Shown one piece after another: positions 56,901-64,000 of a stretch of DNA of 64,000 nucleotides. Location: assembly GCF_009914755.1 (NCBI RefSeq), contig NC_060948.1; one strand, written 5' to 3'. How positions within the stretch are numbered: the stretch's first letter is position 1; every line of letters starts with the position of its first letter. Origin of the DNA: the human T2T-CHM13v2.0 reference genome, Homo sapiens. Position numbers and translations under genes: made by a program. The notes beneath the pieces were generated by a model. That model was given only the letters and a program-made list of their open reading frames with translations, made no database searches and was not told the DNA's origin.

Positions 56901-58282
56901 GCTCTCAAAATATTCTGTATTTTGTGTTAAGCTACCAGGGTGGGTGGTGGGGCAAAGCTAGGTAGAGGTTGGGTCAACACCATTTGCACTTTGGATTTTC
57001 ATGTACAGGGCAAGCAGCAACACTTGTGGGTTTGGGGGGATGAGAGTAAGGCAGGAAAATAGGGTCTGGAGGCAGGAAACATAGGCCGACTCACACTTCA
57101 CCTATAACAGGTAATACTCTCTCCATAGGGGTATGCCTTAAATTATTTTGTAACTTTACTTCATCCTCTCCATTTACATAGGGCGAACCCAAAGTAACCA
57201 ATGGAATCCTCTAGGGAGTATTTAAACTCCCCAAAATTCTGTAAGAGGACCTTTGAGCCCCTATGCTCCAGCCTGCTCCCACACTGTGGAGTGCACCTTC
57301 ATTTTCAACAAAACCCTTCATTCTTTCCTTTCTTTGTGCATTTTGTCCAATTCTTTGTTCAAGACGCCAAGAACCTGAACACCCTCCATGGTTAACAGGA
57401 GCGGGTCTCAGGCCAGTGGGTTGATGTTTCAGAGAGGAATATTGATGCCTGTACTGCACAGAAGTTTTTGTACAGTGAATGGGGAGTAGCAGGCTGCAGT
57501 AAGCCCCACAGAGTTGCCACATACCTGGTGAGGCAGATCCACACCTGCAGTGCTCCACTGAGAGCAGTGAGCTGAGTTCCAGTCAGCCTTTAATCAGACC
57601 TCACCACTGCTAGTAGTCCTAAGTTTTCCGTGGGGAGATAGAAACCGCAGCTTTCAGGCCAGGCTGTCAGCTGAAATGCTGAGCTCCTGCCTCCTGCACT
57701 TGGTACTCCTGCACTCACAGCCTGCTTTACTCTCTCTGTCACCTTGGCCCTGGCCAAGGGAATTTATCCCCACCCAAGGTTATATCATGAAACCCTGTTA
57801 GGAGTTTCTTTCAACCTGTGACAACTACTTGAAATTTTTTGCTGTTCTCCACAGGGTCCTTTCTGAGAAACAGTAAGGAATGACTGCCCTCAGCCCACAC
57901 TGGAATCTGGGAGTGCACGCAAGGGTCTTCCCATAACTGCTCCTAATGTTGTATTCCGCAACCTTCCCCAAGTCAGTTCCTGCACTGGGTGGAACTAGGG
58001 CCTTCCCCAGTGGCCTGGACTTTCAGGGACCCTGTGGGAGTGTGTATCCTGGAGGCAAACTCTCCCCGTCTCACACCCTGGGGACTGGCAGTCCTTCATC
58101 TGACTCACATTGTAGGCTGCAGCCTCCTACTTGCTTCAAAGTGTCCATAAATTTCTTTGGTTTTCCTGTTCAGTTCCTACACTGCTTCTTGTAAAAAAAT
58201 TTACACCGTGAATTTCTACAAATTATTTTGTCCTTGCAAGTGGGAGAGGTATGCTAGCAACGCCTCTTATCTACCATTGTAA
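53963..58282 (-). mobile_element. L1 (L1PB4/L1MA1-2-like) with long 5' UTR and ORF1 joined directly to the 3' end; ORF2 essentially absent
   Basis: ORF 54517..54744 IQVARRTPEKF..SPRYI..IRLTADFSAETLQ = L1 ORF1p; 3' end 53963-54360; degenerate TSD ataattggggttata/ataatgggattgta. Confidence 0.85.
57047..57397 (+). mobile_element. MER51-group ERV1 solo LTR
   Basis: taaggcaggaaaatagggtctggaggcagg...ggttaaca; near-TSD agag/ggag. Confidence 0.75.
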
Positions 58283-58481
58283 AAATAATGGGATTGTATT
58301 TTTGAAAGTAGATTTGTATCCTGTTTTTTGGCTTAATAAATATTTTAGTCTGAATTCTGTCATGTTATTGACTATTATTTAAAAACCGTTTTTTAGAAGC
58401 TACATTATATTATAAAGTGTTAATGTGGCATTTTTTTTTAATTTTTCTGTTGTAAATATTATTGTAAAATACTACAATTAG

Positions 58482-58623
58482 AGGTTGGTGACATGTTCCT
58501 GTAATTTCAGCTACTGAGGAAGCTGAGGTGGGAGGATCTCTTACACCAGGAGTTTGTGACCATCCTGGACAACATAGCAAAGCCATCTTAAAACACACAA
58601 TCAAACAAACAAACAGAAAAAAA
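58482..58623 (+). mobile_element. FLAM Alu monomer
   Basis: ggtgacatgttcctgtaatttcagctact...ggaggatctcttacaccaggagttt...cctggacaacatagc plus A-rich tail. Confidence 0.8.
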
Positions 58624-58654
58624 TGTTACAATTAAAAATACTTGCCCACCTTTG

Positions 58655-58777
58655 AAATATTCCCAATTAAATATTTCCAAAAGAGTAACTGGTTCAAATA
58701 TTATTAGATATTATTAGAATATTTCAAATATTCCCAATTAAATATTTCCAAAAGAATAACTGGTTCAAATATTATTA
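58655..58777. repeat. Direct duplication, ~52-bp unit, period 71
   Basis: aaatattcccaattaaatatttccaaaagaRtaactggttcaaatattatta at 58655 and 58726. Confidence 0.9.
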
Positions 58778-59732
58778 ATATGTTTCTCAAATTGCTTGTC
58801 TGGTTTTATCAATTTATATTATCAGCAGATGTACCAACAAATATCTTTGATATTTTGAGCTTAATGGCTTCTAAGAAAGCAAAATTAACTTTTGCCCTAA
58901 GACTGAAAACTTTGTAGGATAAAAGAAATTTCTTCCAATATACTGAAAATCTCTCATAAATTACTGGCTCCTGTCCTTGTTAACAAGCATGGGCTATGGG
59001 AATAAGTTCTAGTAGTAGAAAATAGCAGGGGATCCCTGAAACAAATGTCTCAAAGAGCAGAAATGACTAGAGAGTTGGGTAGAACCTATTTCAAACTGTG
59101 TCATAATGAGAAAAAGTAATTATAAACTAATATCATAAACACTGAAACTTTCCCTCCCAGAAGCAAGTTTATCTCCTGTGGTAACAGTTATATGAGTAAA
59201 TCTAAAGAGCCCATATTTTGTGGCCTCCAAGCAAATTTTGGCATGAAAATCACCTGGATAAGAAAAGTGTTAGTGGAAATGAATTTAGACTATTCCTCAT
59301 CAATCTTTAGTGACCTCACTGTTGAAGCAAGTGTTTTTAGAATAACATTATTTCCAACACAATCAGAATAATGAGGATTACAGAAATATAATGAGAATAA
59401 TCAGAAGTCTCACTCAAATATTTTCGACGTTGTGTAGTGATTATAGATTATGAACTCACTGGATACAATTTTATAGATGAGCATACTTTAAAACCTTTAA
59501 AAAATATGTTTTCTTCTATGATTTTTTTTTTTTTTTTTGCCAGATGACAGGGAGACGCAGATCTGACTCCAATTTAAATAAAAGCCCTCATATTGCATGG
59601 CGTTAGACATGAAAGATAATATTAATTTAGGCCCCCAACTCAATTGAGGCTTGATTTATGGCCATGGATTGTCAGAAGAGATTATTGCAACCTTCATCCA
59701 AAGCAGTTCATAGCTGAGATAGGTAAAGTCCC

Positions 59733-60030
59733 TTTTTTATTTTTTTTGAGACAGGGTTTCACTCTGTCACCCCAGCTGGAGTGCAATGGCACAATCATGG
59801 CTCACTGCAGCCTCAGCCTCATGGGGCTCAAGTGATCCTCCCACCTCAGCTTCCCTAACAGCTGGGACTGCAGGTGCATGCCACCATACCCAGATAATTT
59901 TTGTAATTTTTATAGAGATGGGGTTTTCCCATGGTGCCCAAGCTGGTCTCAAACTCCTGGGTTCAAGTGATCCTCTCACCTCAGCCTCCCAAAGTGCTAG
60001 GATTACAGGTGTGAGCCACCGCACCTGGCC
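59733..60030 (-). mobile_element. AluJ
   Basis: gagacagggtttcactctgtc...caatcatggctcactgcagcctc; near-TSD aaagtccctttt/aaggtccctttt. Confidence 0.92.
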
Positions 60031-60261
60031 AAGGTCCCTTTTATCTGCATCTGAGAGGCCAATCTTTTTATGATTCTCTATTTCCCTGAGAGAGAGACAT
60101 TGTGTAGGTCATTGCTCAGTTTCAATTAATGCCCCCATTGCAAGCTAGTAATTGCCTCCCCACTCCCCAACCAAATGGAGATTCTCTAGAGCAAAGTCCA
60201 AGGAGCTGCCCCTGGAAGTACATATAATATTTTGTCATAAGCTCCACTCTACATTCGAGTC

Positions 60262-61728
60262 TACCCCTTCTAGTCCTCCTCTTAGTTTCATCATAGATGG
60301 GGTACCCTAAGGCTTCTCCTTGCTTTAGAGGGATTAGAAAGAAGGATGGCCTGATTGTTCCCAGAACACAGGCCCCTGTCCATTTGGTTGGCAGCAGCCA
60401 ATATGCCCATAGTTCACAGATTCAATAAGGCCAGAGGATGCCTGCCAGGCATTTGGATTTTCAAGCTGGTACCAAGAGTGGTTTAAGGAGGGGAAACGAG
60501 AGAATTGGCCCGGGTGGGGTGATTGGGAATCATTCCCTTTTCCCCTCTATAAACTCTTTCCCAGTGTCTCATTATAATACTGTTGTCCCAGACAAGTTAA
60601 TTATCCTACTGGGTCTGTAAAGGCTTTTCCCCAGCAGGCAATGCAGAACATCCCGACAATAGAGGTTTTTAACAGCCAGATGCTCCGATCTGTGAGCATG
60701 GGTTTGGGGGAAGGAGCCACCAGAGTGAAGTTATCATGGGGCATCAAGTCCCTTGCCTCCCATGGCCATTGGTCCCCCATGTTGGTCCCCCCACAGACAT
60801 AGCATGAGGAGATGCCTAGGCTGCTGGCAATACTTTCAGCCAGTTGAACAAATAGGTTTCTGGACAAAGGGGAGGGCTCAGGCAACTCCTGGTTGATATG
60901 CTCATAAAATGACTCAAATACTAGGAATTGTTGGGCTGGACGGGTCTGAGGCTTTTTGCTAATATATAAATAGACTCCTGGGTTTGTTCCCTGACTGCAG
61001 ATCTGTAATGTCATGGGGTAACCTGTAGTCCATATAGGCAGATTTGGCTCCAGGATGGTAAAATTTAAAGGACTGCAGGTTCTTATCTTATATTATGGTT
61101 TCGCTGGCATTTGGGTAAGCCTGACTGTCCCCTGTGTTCATTCGTGACTTTCCACAGGGTCAGTGGACCATGTTGTACAGGCCTAACAGTCTATTTCTGG
61201 AGACCTGGGGGAGCAAAGAGGGGTCTTCTCTTGAGAGGTTCCTCTCCTTGGTGTCCATATATACTTGTGACAGTTACTATAGTATCTTTCCCATGACAGG
61301 CTGTCACAAGAGACTACAGGATAAGAGTTGCTGATGTATGCAGCTTGGCAGGCATCAAAATACAAGGAAACAGGCCCCTTGTAGGAGGGAGGGATCTTTT
61401 TGGTTAGGGTTAGGAAGTTCTCTTCTTTTAGCCTGACATAGACTTTAAACCAAATGGACTCATAAGGTGAGGACTTAGGGTCATAACATATATAAGGCTG
61501 GTCGTTTCCCTGGTCACAGACTGAGTAGGTCATCTGATTGTGAATACAGGTACCTTGGTGGGTCCCTGTACATTCATAGTAAGTGTGACATAACAGGGTT
61601 CTAGTTACTGTGCTCTCCGACTACGTGGTGTGAGTGCAGTGGGGGCACCTTTCTATGGGCCCATCCCCAGACACAGGTAAAGGGAGTGCCCTAATGGGGA
61701 GGAGTAGGAACAAAGTAAAGAGTAGCAT
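60262..61728 (-). pseudogene. ERV3/HERV-R-like env, SU portion only, disrupted
   Basis: MLLFTLFLLLP signal, [60 protein letters not shown] and [15 protein letters not shown] closely resemble ERV3-1 Env; stop at 61621-61623 plus frameshifts. Confidence 0.85.
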
Positions 61729-61859
61729 CTTTATACCCAGCAGGGACAAAAGGAGTCTTTACCCGGGGGAGGAGGCTGAGCAAAGCGACAGAATAAATAG
61801 TAAAACAATTAGTATTATCAGGAAGGCTATTGGACTTAAGATTTCCAACCACATTACTT

Positions 61860-64000
61860 TACTCCAGCTTCAGCCATGCGTAGACTAGTCAGCTTCTGGG
61901 GTGACTAGAGCAGGGCTGTTGCCTCCTCAAGCTTCAGCCATGTATAGACTGGTCAGCTTCCGGACTGACCAGAGCAGGGCTGTTGTTGTCCTCAGTGGCA
62001 ACTCGCTCCTGTCGCAGGATCAGCCGGCTTGGATGGTCTGGGTTCTGCTGGCTGGTCCACTAGTCCTGGATTTCTGGTTTTAACCAACTGTGATGGATCC
62101 AAGGCACAATTCCTGCAACTTTAACAATAGAGGGAGTGGACAAGATTATGGTACGGAGCCCAACCCATATGGGCCCTAGCGTGGTTGGATTCCATTTCAT
62201 GACCGAAACAGAGTCCCCAGGTTTGAAGGGGTGTACCGGGTCTCTCAGGCTTATGGGCATTCTTTCCCATACCCAGCCATGGACACCCTGCATAGCTATC
62301 CCTAAAGCCTGCATTTGCCTTCTCAAAGTCAGTTCCCCTAGTTCTCGGAGGTCACCCTTAATCTGACCTATGATGGGGGGTGGCCAGCCGAACAAGATCT
62401 CATAGGGTGAATACCCAGTTTGTTTGGTGGGGGTGCACCTGACCTGGAGGAGGACCATGGGCAGGACCTAATCCCATCTCAGATGGGTTTCTTGGCAAAA
62501 TTTCTTTAGTAGCTATTTGAGTGTCTGGTTCATGCTCTCCACTTTTCCTGAGCTCTGCGATCGATAGGCAGTGTGTAATTTCCACTTTATTTTTAACAGC
62601 CGCATTTGTTCCTGAACTATCTTGGCTACAAATCTCAGTCCATTGTCTGACCCCAAAGTCAGGGGCAATCCAAATCTGAGGATAATGTCTGTTAACAGCA
62701 CTTTAGTCACCTGTCGTGCTTTCTCTGTTCGGGTGGGGAGAGCCTTGACCCATCCCGAGAAGGTGAAAATGAGCACCAGCAGGTATTGATAGTCCCCCAC
62801 TTGGGGCAACTCAGTGAAATCCATAAGCAGGTTTTTACAGGGTGCGGCCCGTATTTCCTGAATCCTGGGGGCCTGGTGGGCGTCTGTCGTGGGTTGTTCC
62901 GGGCACAAGTTAGGTATTGTTTGCAAATGGCTTGGGTGATGGCAGTGAGCCGTGGCACATAGAAGTGGTGTCCCAGTAGTGTTTCTAGTGCCATTTTCCC
63001 CATGTGAGTTCCTTAGTGGAATTGCCTTATGAATTTAGGGGCCAGCATTTCAGGAATGGCTAGTCTCCTATCAGAGAATTTTCACCATCCTCCCTCAATA
63101 TATTTTCCAGATTCTTGGGCAAACCAGGCCTTCTCACTTGGAGAGTAACTTGGAATCTCCCGAGGGGAGGCTTCAGGAGGAGAGGGATAACCAGGGCTTT
63201 CTTTCTAGAGTGTGCAGTAGTCGTTGCTGCCTGTCTTGCTTCCCTGTCTGTCTTTCCGTTTCTCTTGGCCTCTAGTGTTCTTGACCTCTGTTGCCTCTAC
63301 AGTGCATAATAGCTACCTTCTTCAGGGCCTACACAGCTTCTAAGAGCTGTAGAATTTCCTCTTTGTACTTTATTTCTTTTCCTCCAGCAGTTAAAAGTCC
63401 TCTCTCCTTATATATAGCTCCATGTACATGCAATGTGGCAAAGGCATACTTGGAGTCAGTATAAATGTTAACCCTTTTATCTTTCACTAGCAAAAGAGCT
63501 CTCGTTAGGGCTATTAGCTCTGCCTTCTGGGTCAACATTTCGGTGGGCAGGGGCTGGGCCTCCACCACTGAGTCCAATGTTACCACCACATACCCTGCCC
63601 ATTGGACCCCTTCCAATATGAAACTGCTTCGATCTGTGAAGTATTCAACATCTGGGTCTCCAAGGGGGCAATCTGTGAGATCTCCCCAACTTGAGAATAC
63701 CTCATCTACTGTTTCCACACAGTCATGAAGGGGAGCTCCCGTTTCAATCGGGAACAAGGTGGCTGGGTTAAGGGTGTTTACTGTTTCCAAAGTTATGTGG
63801 GGATTCTCGCATAGGAGCCCCTGATACCGAGTCATTCTCAGATTTGATAGCCAATGGTGCCCTCGCTGGTCCATTAGAGTTATAACCGAGTGCGGATAGT
63901 CAATTGTTGTCCCAAAGTCAATTTGTCAGCATCTTGCGTTAGTAGGGCAGTGGCAGCTAGAGCCCTAAGACAGGGGGGCCATCCCCAAGCTACAGAGTCC
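61860..64000 (-). pseudogene. Gammaretrovirus-like (ERV3 group) pol: RT tether, RNase H, integrase; frameshifted, continues beyond the window
   Basis: YFTDRSSF..TQKAELIALTRAL..NIYTDSKYAF (RNase H); MDFTEL..TFSGWV..GSDNG..HTAYRSQSSGKVESMN (integrase core); SPYEILFG..FKPGDSV..WIHHS (IN C-terminus). Confidence 0.92.

Noticed and set aside
60262-64000. APOBEC3 hypermutation, or identity with the ERV3-1 gene itself
   Set aside because: Only one TGG>TAG stop noted while other lesions are different substitutions or indels; env is disrupted and truncated, unlike the open ERV3-1 frame, so this is a paralogous family member

Overview
Primate (human-like) genomic DNA, AT-rich and made up largely of decayed interspersed repeats. 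I find no intact cellular protein-coding gene, RNA gene or CRISPR-like array. The window holds several L1 copies of different ages, about 9 Alu/FLAM elements, hAT and Tigger DNA-transposon fossils, at least 12 solo LTRs and four proviral or MaLR remnants, all four on the minus strand: MER41, HERV-L/MLT2, a full-length THE1, and an ERV3/HERV-R-like pol-env segment running off the right edge. Every ORF I could assign is a broken fragment of L1 ORF1/ORF2, ERV pol/env or THE1-int, or Alu read-through; the remaining short ORFs resemble nothing I recognise. The most notable structures are an ERV3-like env cut one codon after its furin site, two internally deleted L1s of one subfamily (one keeps only ORF1, one keeps only the 5' tip and 3' end), a micro-inversion next to the STAT1-type GAS motif of a MER41 LTR, a stutter-amplified L1 3' UTR, and a deep multi-level LTR/Alu nest. 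I do not see convincing evidence of a new biological system. Subfamily names come from recalled consensus sequences and need Dfam/RepeatMasker confirmation.
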